Below, one piece after another: positions 38,798 through 49,540 of a stretch of 64,000 nucleotides of DNA. Numbering within the stretch: position 1 is the first letter of the stretch; every line of letters begins with the position of its first letter. A program made the position numbers and the translations under genes. The notes beneath the pieces are model-generated. The model was not told the DNA's origin and did not search any database. It saw only the letters and a program-made list of their open reading frames with translations. The stretch lies in the IMG/VR virus record IMGVR_UViG_3300033889_000069, positions 33,591 to 97,590 of that record. One strand, written 5' to 3'. The stretch is from a virus.

Positions 38798-40630
38798 ATG
38801 GCAACTAGAGAAATGGTTGCAAGCTCTAAGTTACTCCAGAGAGTCATAATCTCCCAGAACGGAGACATGATGACTGGAATACGAGAGCTTCTCCAGAATG
38901 CGGTGGACTCCTACCATGGATTTGAGTCTACCGAGGAAAGGCGCATCGAGTTCAACTTCACCGACAGGGACAACATAACTGGCTTCTACCAGACTATGAC
39001 CTGCCGGGATTATGGAAAGACTCTCGGTGCGACAGAAGAGGAAGTATTCTCCAACTTCTTCATCTTCGGTGAATCAGATAAGACTGCCGAAGAAGTTGGT
39101 GAGTTCGGGATAGGTCGTGGTCAAACAATGGCGATGATCTACAATCCAGATACTTACCAGCTCGAAGGTGAGCACACTATCCGCTCTGGAAACTTCGTTA
39201 TCAAGAACATCAACATCGAGAGACTGACAGCAGACATCGAAGAGTCTGAGGAGCGAGTCGATGGAACAGTGTGGGTGATGTTCTCCATGGTTCCGAAGTT
39301 CGATGTTGATGAGATAGGGAAGTTCATCAGAGACAAGTATCGGGGAGCAATTCCTGTATACATTGGCGATGAGCAAGTCTCGAAGACAATGGAGACAAAA
39401 TCCTCGAAAGAGGGTGACTTCCATGCCACGCCAGCTGCTGATATCTGGTTCGACTACAACAAGGACTACTCGACAGGTTTCAGCGTATATGACCGTGGCT
39501 TCTACGTCTGCGAGAAGTATCCCATATCCGGCTGGGGAGGAACTATCGTGACGAGAGAAGCTCTCAAGTTGAACTTCGCTCGTAATGAGATATTCGACAC
39601 TGAAACCTGGAGAAGAGTTCAGGACTTCATCCGCAGAGCTATCCTGGCCAAGATACGAGATGAAGACTTCAGTGAGTGCTGCCGAGAGAAGAAGCGTGGT
39701 CTTGCCTACCTCTATGTGAAGAGCGTAGATGACAGGAACGCTCTCAAGGACTTCCCGATGGTAGAGTTGGCCAATGGGAAGTGGATTACACCTACCCAGC
39801 TTCTCGCAGCTGGTGAAGTATATGTGGCGAGTAAGGGGAGTGTTATCGCCATAGAGGGAATTGAGCGAGGAAAGACTGTCCTCAGCAAAGAGAGTCCGTT
39901 CGTTGAGTTCATCAAAGCGATGAGTGTTGAGGTCATCGACTTCTCTGACTCTTCCCTCGCTGCTGAGATAGCGCGAAACAAATTCAGCGATGCGCTTCAG
40001 AACTCGAAAGAGCATGAAGTGCTAGAACTGCTGAACAGGATATTCGTTGTCCCTGGAATCACCTTCAGGGAGATTCGTCTTGGAGTCTACACCGACCCGA
40101 AGCTGAAGGCGTGGACCCAGCCTGAAGAGAACGTCATCTACGTTAACAGGACAACTCTGAAGGAATGGACGAAAGGTGTGCCTAACAGCAGGGTTCCGCT
40201 GAGGGCCATACCACAGCTTGCTCATCAGTATGCCCATAGCTCAGACAACCGGGAGCTTGATGACCATGGCTATGGATTCTGTGACCGAGAGGCTCAGATG
40301 TTCATAGAACTCATCAGGGTATATGATGAGTATCTCGACCAGTCCAAGTTTACCAAGCCATACTCTCCGCACCAGAGGCTTCTGCTTGCCTCTATCGAGG
40401 AGCACATGGACAAGAACGGGGTGACCACTCCTCAGATCATAATGACTGATGAGATCATCCGAACCATCCTTGAGGCAGGAGGTGATCCGCAGGCAGTATA
40501 TAGCGCGTTGATGGTGTCCCTCGCAGAACACAAGTTCGTAGACGAGGAGATGCTTGACCAGGAAGGGACAATCAAGATCAAAAGGAAGGACTTACTGTTC
40601 AATGAAGATAGATATAACTTTGCCGAATGA
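38798..40630 (+). CDS. GHKL (Hsp90/MORC-like) ATPase with C-terminal zincin-like motif
   Basis: IRELLQNAVD, RDYG, GEFGIG, GT; LAHQYAH...DHGYGF. Confidence 0.8.
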   Translation: MATREMVASSKLLQRVIISQNGDMMTGIRELLQNAVDSYHGFESTEERRIEFNFTDRDNITGFYQTMTCRDYGKTLGATEEEVFSNFFIFGESDKTAEEVGEFGIGRGQTMAMIYNPDTYQLEGEHTIRSGNFVIKNINIERLTADIEESEERVDGTVWVMFSMVPKFDVDEIGKFIRDKYRGAIPVYIGDEQVSKTMETKSSKEGDFHATPAADIWFDYNKDYSTGFSVYDRGFYVCEKYPISGWGGTIVTREALKLNFARNEIFDTETWRRVQDFIRRAILAKIRDEDFSECCREKKRGLAYLYVKSVDDRNALKDFPMVELANGKWITPTQLLAAGEVYVASKGSVIAIEGIERGKTVLSKESPFVEFIKAMSVEVIDFSDSSLAAEIARNKFSDALQNSKEHEVLELLNRIFVVPGITFREIRLGVYTDPKLKAWTQPEENVIYVNRTTLKEWTKGVPNSRVPLRAIPQLAHQYAHSSDNRELDDHGYGFCDREAQMFIELIRVYDEYLDQSKFTKPYSPHQRLLLASIEEHMDKNGVTTPQIIMTDEIIRTILEAGGDPQAVYSALMVSLAEHKFVDEEMLDQEGTIKIKRKDLLFNEDRYNFAE

Positions 40631-40995
40631 GATGGGTGGAATGGTTCCGAGCGAAGAAATGCTCAAGAACCCTGTCCGCCCAGAGAACTCATATGAGCCA
40701 CCAAGTGGTGAGGAAATCCTCAAGACATGGGAGCCAGAGAATATTCAGTTCCAGTTCCACGATGAGGACAATCTTCCATACATGACCTTCACGAAGGATG
40801 GTATGCACGCTATCCTTCACCGCCCGCTTGATGGGATAGAATATCACGCAGCGATGGTCTATCACGAGAGCCAGGGCTTCATCTATATCTGCGATTGTTA
40901 CTCAGACGCAGATGCTGTAAGGATCAGCTTTATCGGTGGCCTAATCGCCTTCTCTCCGTTCCTACTAGAGAAGGCGGGAACCGCTTAATAGGCCG

Positions 40996-41013
40996 TGAAT
41001 TCACGCGATTGCA
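40996..41013 (+). repeat. 18-bp oriented motif, copy 6
   Basis: Exact match just after stop 40988. Confidence 0.95.
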
Positions 41014-41092
41014 CGCGGTTTGCACCGTTCCTCGACTTCTTACCCGTTCCGATATAGACGGGTAAGGATTCGATAGAATCAGAGAGGGAAGA

Positions 41093-43048
41093 ATGACCGA
41101 AGAACAAATGATTGCCTGGATCGACAATGCTTCTTACTACGATCTGCTCAGAAAATGGCGTTTTGCCAAAGCTGGCGACCCTTACTTCCAGGGAGAAGTT
41201 GGAACCCACTACACCGAAGTTATGGCAGCCAAGAAGAAAGAGATCGGAGATGAGGAGCACTCCAGGATAAGCAAGGAGATTGGGTGGAACCGATGAGTCA
41301 AAGAATAATGTCTCCTGGCCAGCATCTGTTGACCCTGCGGATTCAAAGAGAGATCATCGCAAAAGGTTCCAAGCTGTGGTGGGACGACGATACAACTATC
41401 GGGAACAAGCACACAGAATGTAGCTGGGGCCTCTGTTCCTGTAACAAGCTGATCTACCCCCTGGAAGAGATGCACATCTGGCCAGGTCAGTTTACAGAGC
41501 ATGGTCGAGTAGCTCCAATAGATCGTGGTCCTGATCAGAAGTGCCCATTCGACAATGGAGTGACACCGAAGGGGTTCATCTCGTGTGGATGCTTCTACAG
41601 ATGCATGATCTTCCAGAGCAAGAAGAAGGGTCTAAATAGGATGTCCAGGGAGAAAGCTCTTGAACTCTATGACGAAGAGATCAAGAAGATTGAGGTCATT
41701 CTCACTGGAGAGAAAGATGGAGTCAAAGAGGTCGATATATACTGTATTGGACCCTTGAGCTGCTCTGTCTGTTCCTCCCTCTCTCCTGAAGAGACTATTA
41801 AGAGAGTGAACGAATTGCACCCTTCAGGGACTACTAATGGCTGGGTTATCTCTGACCAGGATAAGTTCGCTTCTGGCGAGCCTCACCCTTGCCCTTGTCA
41901 GGATCACCCTGATACCCACAAACATTACTACTTGGAGTTCTAACATGAAAGTAAGAGAACTGAGAGGGCTTCTATTTGAAGCCAAAGATCAAGATGCAGA
42001 AGTCATGATCTCATCAGAGCCTCTTGGGCATTACAATGATCTATCACTTATTGATAGTGCAAGTGTCATGTCCGAAGGCGATGACCCAGATCACTCAGAA
42101 TGTAGTGGATTTGTCATCTTCGTTGGAGAGACAGTCCCAAGAACAAAGAACTGGCCAGAGGAATCAAAATGAGCAAGGACAAGGAAGTTGTTATCAACGT
42201 ATCATCAACATTTGGTGCTGTAAAGCACCAGCCTCTTGTAAAGTTGTCAATAGATAAACACGAAGTCTTAATGCCAGCTGCCAAGGCACAAGAGATCGGT
42301 ATGAAGATGATACATGGAGCAGAAGCTGCTATGATGGATTCGTTCTTTTTCCAATATCTTAGGAACCAGCTTGATGTTCCAGAAGAAAGAGTTGCATTCA
42401 TTATTCGAGACTACCGACAATTCAGGGAGGAACATCGGTTTGAGATGAGATATCTCACTGATGAGCAAGGAGAGCCAAAGCCGGAGGTATAAATGGCTAA
42501 ACAAGCCCTTTGGGGAAGGTGTAACAGATGTAATGCCCCATTAAGAGAGCACCCATATGATGATGGTCACAGATGCCCTTCTGGATGCGATTGCCCAGAT
42601 ATAGTAGGTAGCTTTGAGTATGACGGCTACGTTGTCAAGTTCTCTTATCGCCAGAGAATAATAACTCAAATATGGAAAGGTGATAAGAGAGTCCGCGTCC
42701 CAAGACCTATCTTTGAGAACATCTTTGATGAACTCAAGAGACTCTGTGGAAAAGAGCGGAAGACAAAGACAGGCCCATTCTGGGGTCCAGGAGGTCCATG
42801 CAATGATAACCCTGTTTAGGAATCTGTGGAATCGTTTTCTCTGTAAATACTCTCCACACTCTTTTGATACAGAAGCCTGGGGAAATGAGAACAGAGGTGG
42901 AGTCATAAGAACTTGCTCTCGTTGTGGATACTGGGTTAAGATTGAAGAATACAATCGTTGGAATCACCCAGAGAATGCAAGAGTCATAGAGTCTGGATAC
43001 ACTGATGCTAAGCAGCCTCATAGCGTAGGTGACAGACCTCTCGTATGA
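41093..43048 (+). other. Cluster of small hypothetical ORFs
   Basis: 41093-41296, 41284-41943 (Cys-rich), ~41945-42172, 42169-42492, 42493-42819, ~42803-43048; overlapping stop/start. Confidence 0.65.
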
Positions 43049-43527
43049 AGTATAAGTATAGGATGGATGCTAAAGACCGATTCTTCTCAAAAGTAGATAT
43101 GTCAGGTGATTGCTGGCTTTGGAAAGGAACCAGAAGTGGAGGTGGTTATGGGAACTTCTGGATCAATGGAAAGTTAGTTAGAGCACACAGATGGTCATAT
43201 AAGTTCTTCTTTGGAGAATTAAGAGATGAAGACTGTGTGCTACATTCTTGTGACAACCCTCTATGTGTAAATCCTTCTCATCTATTTATTGGATCAAGAG
43301 CAGATAATGTAAGAGATATGATCTCAAAAGGGAGAGATCATTTTCCTGGCGCACCTGCTGGAGAGGGCCATCCATTTTCAGTCCTATCTGACTTAGAAGT
43401 TTTAGAGATGCGAAAGTTGAGAAGCACAGACAATCTGAGCTATCAAGAATTAGCAGACTTGTTTGGTGTATCAAAACCAACTGTTCAAGCAATAATAAAG
43501 GGCTTTACCTGGAAACATCTCCTGTGA
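43045..43527 (+). CDS. HNH homing endonuclease with HTH
   Basis: CWLW..GYG..AHR..HSCDNPLCVNPSHL. Confidence 0.9.
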   Translation: MKYKYRMDAKDRFFSKVDMSGDCWLWKGTRSGGGYGNFWINGKLVRAHRWSYKFFFGELRDEDCVLHSCDNPLCVNPSHLFIGSRADNVRDMISKGRDHFPGAPAGEGHPFSVLSDLEVLEMRKLRSTDNLSYQELADLFGVSKPTVQAIIKGFTWKHLL

Positions 43528-43535
43528 GATTATCC

Positions 43536-43564
43536 TTGGCAAACCGTCTCGACTAGCGTATTAT
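43536..43564 (+). promoter_or_regulatory. sigma70-like promoter TTGGCA-N17-TATTAT for the ligase
   Basis: Exact spacing, then AAGGAG SD. Confidence 0.6.
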
Positions 43565-43580
43565 AAGGAAGGAGATACCT

Positions 43581-44675
43581 ATGGAACTGCTACAAACTGA
43601 GGATGGCCTTGATCTGATTATACCGATGAAGGCTGTCGGCACCACGAAAGAAAGGCTCAAAGAGATCATCGCTTCCGCACTATGGACATGCGACTTCAAG
43701 CTTGATGGTCACTTCTTTGTGTCCTACATAAACTACAAACCCATAGATGACTTTAGAACCAGATTCTTCAGCCGGAACGTATCAGTTGAGACTGGTTACT
43801 TCTCTGAGAGGACTCCTCACCTCAAAGACTTGGTCAGGCAAGCTGATAAAAAGTTTGCTGACTATGGACCGATGATCATAACTGGGGAGGTTGTCCACTT
43901 CCTCGGTAAAGATACAGTTACCAGCGTTGTCGGCGGTAGTCCTGAGCACGCATGGAAAAGACAAGAAGAGCTTGGGAGACCAGTTTTCTGCCCATTTGAT
44001 CTTCTGGCTTATGACGGCGAGTGGCTAGGAAACTGCCCTCTTGAGAGCAGGAAGAGTCTGCTGAGGGCCATATGCGAAGATGCCGGGGCCGATATGGTAA
44101 CAGATAAAGTCCAGTTCGAGAACCCCATTGACGATTGCCTCTGGAGACTTACCCCGACTCTTGAGCTCATGCAGGAATGCTTCTACGGATGTGAGAAGAG
44201 CGAGTTCACCAAACACGATATGTGGAACTACGCTCTGGAGCATGGGTTTGAAGGTCTTGTCCACAAGCGCCTTGCCTCCCTCTATGTCCCTGGCTACATA
44301 TCGAATGACACAGTCAGGATTAGAGGTTCCAAAGATTGGATCAAGCAGAAGAAGAAGCGGGAGTTTGATGTAGTCATCCTCCGGTTTACCGATGCTAGAT
44401 TCGGCAGGACAGGACAGTTCGAGGGCATGGTTGGCGCTGTCGTCTTCGGGCAATACAAGAATGGCGAACTGGTTGAGATAGGCCAGGCATCAGGATTCGA
44501 CGTTGCTACTAGGCAGGATATGACTGATCATCCAGAGAAGTATATCGGCAAGGTGGCAGTAGTAGAAGCTCAAGAAAGAAGTTCCGCAAGAGATAGACTG
44601 CGCCACGCACAATACAAGGGTCTTCGAGACGACAAGAGGCCAGAAGAGTGCGTGTATGACGAGAACGAAGCATAA
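43581..44675 (+). CDS. ATP-dependent DNA ligase
   Basis: KLDG motif I, GEV, FDLL, EGLVHK, WIKQK, OB-fold with LRHA...RDDK. Confidence 0.92.
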   Translation: MELLQTEDGLDLIIPMKAVGTTKERLKEIIASALWTCDFKLDGHFFVSYINYKPIDDFRTRFFSRNVSVETGYFSERTPHLKDLVRQADKKFADYGPMIITGEVVHFLGKDTVTSVVGGSPEHAWKRQEELGRPVFCPFDLLAYDGEWLGNCPLESRKSLLRAICEDAGADMVTDKVQFENPIDDCLWRLTPTLELMQECFYGCEKSEFTKHDMWNYALEHGFEGLVHKRLASLYVPGYISNDTVRIRGSKDWIKQKKKREFDVVILRFTDARFGRTGQFEGMVGAVVFGQYKNGELVEIGQASGFDVATRQDMTDHPEKYIGKVAVVEAQERSSARDRLRHAQYKGLRDDKRPEECVYDENEA

Positions 44676-44687
44676 TCGGAGGCTGAA

Positions 44688-44948
44688 ATGCCGTTAGTCG
44701 AAGAAGTCAAGAAGGTTCTAGCAGTTCAGGGAGAGGATGTTGATAACCTCCACCCAAAGACTGTTAAGTTCATAGAGGATTGTGAGAAGTCAGCGACCAT
44801 CCTTTATATGCAGAATGGTGGAATCGCCAGTAGACAGGTAAAGGCTGTGGTCGCTGCTTCCGCAAGCCAGTTTGATAGCCTCTTCAGAGAAGTTGAGGAG
44901 ATCAAGAAAGAAGTCCACGGAATACGTGAATCAATAAGAGAGGAATAG
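44688..44948 (+). CDS. Hypothetical protein
   Basis: GGAGG SD. Confidence 0.6.
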   Translation: MPLVEEVKKVLAVQGEDVDNLHPKTVKFIEDCEKSATILYMQNGGIASRQVKAVVAASASQFDSLFREVEEIKKEVHGIRESIREE

Positions 44949-44951
44949 CGA

Positions 44952-45590
44952 ATGTTCAATGGCTTTTATGACATCGATGCCAGAGATGGTAAAGATGTCA
45001 AGTTCGTTGATCCTGACTACGACCGTAGCTTGATGCCCCTCATCATGCAGTCACGTTGGGAGTTAACAGACTTCATCGCTCGCTATATCAAAGCCCAGCC
45101 CCAGACCGTTCTTGAGATCGGGGTTGCGCACGGCGGGACGATGATCGAATGGCTCAAATATGCTGCTCCGAACTCTACAATAGTTGGTATCGAGTATACA
45201 GCAAGAAGAGTGGAGCAGAACTTTGAATACTGGAAGTCCTTCAAGCACGAGGATACCCAATTCAGAGTCTTCACTGGCCGCTCCCAGAAACCAGAGATAG
45301 TTGAGGAAGTCTGCGGGATATTCAAAGACGGACTCGACTGGCTGTTCATCGATGGTATGCACCATTACGATACAGCTAAACAGGACTTCGAGAACTATGG
45401 CCCTCTGGTTAAGCCAGGAGGCATTATTGCTCTCCATGATATCTATCGTGAGTTCGATCAGGGGAGCGATGAGACTGTGACTGAACTATGGGAAGAGATT
45501 CGGCACGCTGGTTATATGACCAGAGAGCTGAGGAGCTTCCGAGGTCAGGACAACCGAGGTATCGGAATCGTATATGTTGAGGAACAATAG
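44952..45590 (+). CDS. Class I SAM methyltransferase (Methyltransf_24-like)
   Basis: LEIGVAHGGT, DWLFIDGMHHY, VKPGGIIALHD. Confidence 0.88.
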   Translation: MFNGFYDIDARDGKDVKFVDPDYDRSLMPLIMQSRWELTDFIARYIKAQPQTVLEIGVAHGGTMIEWLKYAAPNSTIVGIEYTARRVEQNFEYWKSFKHEDTQFRVFTGRSQKPEIVEEVCGIFKDGLDWLFIDGMHHYDTAKQDFENYGPLVKPGGIIALHDIYREFDQGSDETVTELWEEIRHAGYMTRELRSFRGQDNRGIGIVYVEEQ

Positions 45591-45604
45591 AAAGGAGTAA
45601 ACCC

Positions 45605-46072
45605 GTGCCTATCAACAAAGACCTAACCGAAGAACAATTGGCTGCTATTGCCCAGTTCTTCGAGGGTCGAACCAGTATGCCTGAAGAGGAAACACTGGCG
45701 TTCATCGAAGAGAATGAACTTCCCTGGAATAACGTCGCTGCCTTCAGGATGTGGGCCAAGGACAACGACTACTTCACTCCTGGTGGAAACACCGGCGGTG
45801 GTGGAGGAACCAAGTCCAGGTCTACTGGTCCTTCCCTCCGAGGAATCAACAAGTTCAGCGTCGAAACGTCAGCGATGGCAACTGCGAAGCTGCTACTTGA
45901 GGACCCAGCAAAAGCTATATCTGGTGCGATCTCTCAGTTGGAGGAAGAGGTCAAGCAGATCGAGCTTGAGGCTGAGCAGCAAATCTCTACTATCAAGGCG
46001 GCTGCTGAGGAGCAGGTAAAGTCTCGTCAAGAGGCCATCGACCAGCTTCGTGAGCAGCTTCCGAAGCGATAA
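45605..46072 (+). CDS. Hypothetical coiled-coil protein
   Basis: AAAGGAG SD, GTG start. Confidence 0.7.
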   Translation: MPINKDLTEEQLAAIAQFFEGRTSMPEEETLAFIEENELPWNNVAAFRMWAKDNDYFTPGGNTGGGGGTKSRSTGPSLRGINKFSVETSAMATAKLLLEDPAKAISGAISQLEEEVKQIELEAEQQISTIKAAAEEQVKSRQEAIDQLREQLPKR

Positions 46073-46488
46073 TGGAGATAAGGAAGGCAACAGACCTTGA
46101 GCTTCTTCCTCCAGAACTCAAGGCAAAGATCAAGGAAGTCTGCGGGAACCAAGACCCGTCAGATGAGAAGCTCATAGCTCTTGCGAAAGAGTTGGGCATT
46201 GACTCTCTGTTCCCTGAAGGTCGTGTTGCGGATATATTCCGCATATGGCTCAAAGCCACTGGCTTCATCAAGGCCAAGGGCACTGAGGACAACGAGGTGG
46301 CTATCATCTCTTGGATCGACATGGAGGCAAAGAGCTTCCTTGATGGAAACCCCAATGAGAACTTCAAAGGGGAAGAGATCAAGAACATGTTGGCTCACAG
46401 AGTGGCTATCATCTCCGATATGTTCCTCAAGTCAAACGAGCTTCTGGAGCAGGTTACGGCCAAGCTCAATGAGCAGCCTGCAGATTGA
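46072..46488 (+). CDS. Hypothetical protein
   Basis: Coupled to upstream gene; followed by hairpin ~46519-46548. Confidence 0.7.
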   Translation: MEIRKATDLELLPPELKAKIKEVCGNQDPSDEKLIALAKELGIDSLFPEGRVADIFRIWLKATGFIKAKGTEDNEVAIISWIDMEAKSFLDGNPNENFKGEEIKNMLAHRVAIISDMFLKSNELLEQVTAKLNEQPAD

Positions 46489-46565
46489 CGGGCTTACCCT
46501 AACGACTGATGGTGAAGAGGTGGGAGGCTCTATTTGGGGCCTCCCACCATGTAGTATAAAGATAT

Positions 46566-47057
46566 ATGGAAACATATATCAAACCTAGTCTACTAGATAG
46601 ACGAGACTATAAATCCATAAAAGAAAGATTCATGGACAAAGTCGAAATCTGTAAAGACACTGGTTGTTGGGAATGGATAGGAAAGACAACCGAGCGAGGA
46701 TATGGTCATTTCAAACTAGATGGAAAGATGCAACGAGCGAATATTGTCTCTTGGAGACTATTCAAAGGGAGTATCGAATCTGGGTTTGATGTTTGCCACA
46801 ATTGTCCTTGTGGAGACAATCCTTCCTGTGTAAATCCTAATCACCTTTATCTTGATACTAGGGCTAATCATCTTCGAGAGTCCTATGGAAAAGGGCAGAG
46901 AGACATGGCGAGAATCGCCAATGCAGAAAGACTGTTCAGTCTATATGAATCTCAGAAGATAAGTGTTGAAGAGGTGAAGGCAATCATAGCTCTACATTCC
47001 TCGAATCTGTTTACAGAAGAGGAGATTGCTGAGTGGATCAATGAACAACGAACTTGA
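46566..47057 (+). CDS. HNH homing endonuclease
   Basis: CWEW..GYG...DNPSCVNPNHL. Confidence 0.85.
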   Translation: METYIKPSLLDRRDYKSIKERFMDKVEICKDTGCWEWIGKTTERGYGHFKLDGKMQRANIVSWRLFKGSIESGFDVCHNCPCGDNPSCVNPNHLYLDTRANHLRESYGKGQRDMARIANAERLFSLYESQKISVEEVKAIIALHSSNLFTEEEIAEWINEQRT

Positions 47058-47608
47058 AATAGAGGGAATATCACTAACAGAAGAAGGCAGAGAAGCTCTA
47101 AACACAGTCAAAGGCATATTCCCTGAGTCTTGTGCTGATGAGCTTTATTCGATTCTTGTAGGTCTAGTCAAGGCAGACCCGACTCTGGATTATATCCGAA
47201 TTGAGAAAGGTGGGCCGTCAGCGTTAGTGCGATGCTATTGTAAGCGTTGCGAAAAAGATCATTATATGACCCTTGGATGGCTAGGTCATGTTCAGTGGAT
47301 TAAGACAGGACTTTGCCCCCTCTGCGTCAGGATGGTGGAGGCTGGAAAGTGAAAGCAGCACTCATATACATATCGCTAGGTTTGACGGTCATCATCAAAC
47401 TACTGGCGATACTCATTATGATACGGGTAGTATCCCTACTCAAGAGAGTCAGGTCTGTGGCAAATCAGATTCTTGCTAATGACATGGCGATGAAACAGAG
47501 TCTTCCTCGAATCATAGCCAAGTCTATAGTAAGAACTGTCGCCATCATGAACTCTAAAGATGACGATGCCAAAGCAAAACTCCGCGAGATGATCTCGGAG
47601 GAATAATC

Positions 47609-49438
47609 ATGATACGATTCGACATAGCAGACACTGGAGTTGCCTCTCTTGAAGTAACAGGGAGACATTTCTATCGTGTCCAAAGAGAGTTGAGCGGGAA
47701 GCAGCTCTACTATGGTGCCTTCTATGGAAAGAAGAGCAACAAGTGGTTTATGTCCTACCACAACTTCCCGCGAGTCAAGGAGTATGTTCGTGGACTCGAT
47801 GACCAGAAGTGTATGAGTCCAGAGTTCAAGGAGGTTATAGATGCCTACCTTGGTCAGCAAGAGATAATCCAGAGAATTAAGGATGGGGAACCTGCTCCAG
47901 AGATCATAGTCCAGAACTTGAACTATGAGCTTCGACCTTATCAGGTTATAGGTGCTGCCTTCCTCCGACTTGTAGAACGAGGTCTACTGGCTGATGACAT
48001 GGGCCTCGGAAAGACTCCTCAGACTATCTCTGCTGCTCTATCCTTGGTTATGGAAAAGGGCATAAGTCAGATACTCATCATCTGTCCTTCCTCTCTAAAG
48101 TATCAGTGGAAGTCAGAGATCAAGAAGTTCGCTCCTGGTTGCTATGGAGATGAGGCAGTTGTAATTGAGGGTGTCCAAGCTACGAGAAGGCAGCTCTATG
48201 GCAGCAAACTTTTCAGCATTGTGAACTATGAGCTTATCAGGAATGACCTGGAGTTCCTCCGAGATATGAACTGGGACTTGATAGTTCTGGATGAAGCTCA
48301 GAGGATTAAGTCCAGAGGCAGATTCAAGACTGATGAGAAGTCAGGTGAGCGAGTAGCGACTGGCTGTAAGACAACTGCTGCTATCAAAGAGCTTGACTCA
48401 AGATATAGGTTTGCCATTACAGGAACTCCGATTGAGAATAGCATCGTAGATATGTTCTCGATTCTTGAGTTCCTAGACCCCATGATCTTCGGTTCGATTG
48501 CCAGCTTCAAGAAGAGGTATATCAAGGAGACTCCCTGGGGTGCTCAAACTGGGACTAACAAAAGCGATGAGCTGAGACGCAAACTAGCACCTGTAGTTCT
48601 CAGGAGGGAGAAGCAGTATGTTCTTACAGAGCTTCCTCCATATACAGAGAACGAGGAACCCTGCGAACTTATTGGAGGGCAGAAGAAGCTGTATGAAGCT
48701 ATCGAGAATGAGACGCTCGAAGCTCTTGATGCTATTGCCAATAAGCAAGGGAAGGATGCTCAGCAAGCAAAGTTTGAAGTCATCGCTAAGTTGATCTATC
48801 TCCGAGAGGTCTGCGATTCTCCAGAGCTAGTAGATGAGAGTGTAAAGGAATCTGGAAAGCTCTCCTCAATGCTATCTCTTATGGAAGACCTGCCAGGAAA
48901 GATACTGATCTTCAGCCAGTTTGAGAGAATGACAAGAATCCTGGAACGAGAGATCGAAGCCAGGTTCGGAGATGCGTTGACTCCTTTCAGACTTCATGGA
49001 GGAGTTGATGCTAGGACTAGAGATGAGGTAAAGGACATCTTCAACCTCATTGATAGACCAGTAGTTCTGATAACCACAGACTGCTCGAAGTATGGAGTTA
49101 ATCTCCAGGCAGCGAGGTGGGTATTCAACTATGACCTTCCATATAATCCTGCGGTTATCGCCCAGAGAATCGGACGTGCCCACAGAGATGGTATGGATGA
49201 GGTAGAGCGATTAGTTGATGACCAAAACGTTAGCGTCATTAACTTCTGCGTGGCTCATTCTATCGAAGATCGAGTCAAGAAGATCATAGAGGTAAAGAGA
49301 ATGATCTTCAACGACATTATGACTGATGACCAGATACTTCATAAGTTCTCAGTTGACGAGCTTCGATATATCTTGACCGGCCAAGATCGGGGCAACCGTC
49401 TAGGAATAGGCCGAAGTCTAGCGGGTGCGACCGCTTAG
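47609..49438 (+). CDS. SNF2-family helicase
   Basis: LRPYQ, LADDMGLGKT, DEAQ, TGTPIEN, IFSQF, GVNLQ, QRIGRAHR. Confidence 0.95.
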   Translation: MIRFDIADTGVASLEVTGRHFYRVQRELSGKQLYYGAFYGKKSNKWFMSYHNFPRVKEYVRGLDDQKCMSPEFKEVIDAYLGQQEIIQRIKDGEPAPEIIVQNLNYELRPYQVIGAAFLRLVERGLLADDMGLGKTPQTISAALSLVMEKGISQILIICPSSLKYQWKSEIKKFAPGCYGDEAVVIEGVQATRRQLYGSKLFSIVNYELIRNDLEFLRDMNWDLIVLDEAQRIKSRGRFKTDEKSGERVATGCKTTAAIKELDSRYRFAITGTPIENSIVDMFSILEFLDPMIFGSIASFKKRYIKETPWGAQTGTNKSDELRRKLAPVVLRREKQYVLTELPPYTENEEPCELIGGQKKLYEAIENETLEALDAIANKQGKDAQQAKFEVIAKLIYLREVCDSPELVDESVKESGKLSSMLSLMEDLPGKILIFSQFERMTRILEREIEARFGDALTPFRLHGGVDARTRDEVKDIFNLIDRPVVLITTDCSKYGVNLQAARWVFNYDLPYNPAVIAQRIGRAHRDGMDEVERLVDDQNVSVINFCVAHSIEDRVKKIIEVKRMIFNDIMTDDQILHKFSVDELRYILTGQDRGNRLGIGRSLAGATA

Positions 49439-49444
49439 AGCGCG

Positions 49445-49462
49445 TGAATTCACGCGATTGCA
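49445..49462 (+). repeat. 18-bp oriented motif, copy 7
   Basis: Exact match just after stop 49438. Confidence 0.95.
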
Positions 49463-49540
49463 CGCGGTTTGCGTCGCTAGACGGGTTCTAATACCTCCGG
49501 CGAAAACCGAACTATATTGACTAACGCCAGGGAGTAGGAT

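Noticed and set aside
39074..40015. 313-aa minus-strand ORF (likewise 29319-30023, 30390-31148, 50986-51699)
   Set aside because: Antisense to well-supported plus-strand genes; no motifs recognised.
5301..49462. 18-bp repeats as a CRISPR array or IS ends
   Set aside because: Copies are kilobases apart with no spacer periodicity; no cas or transposase genes were recognised.
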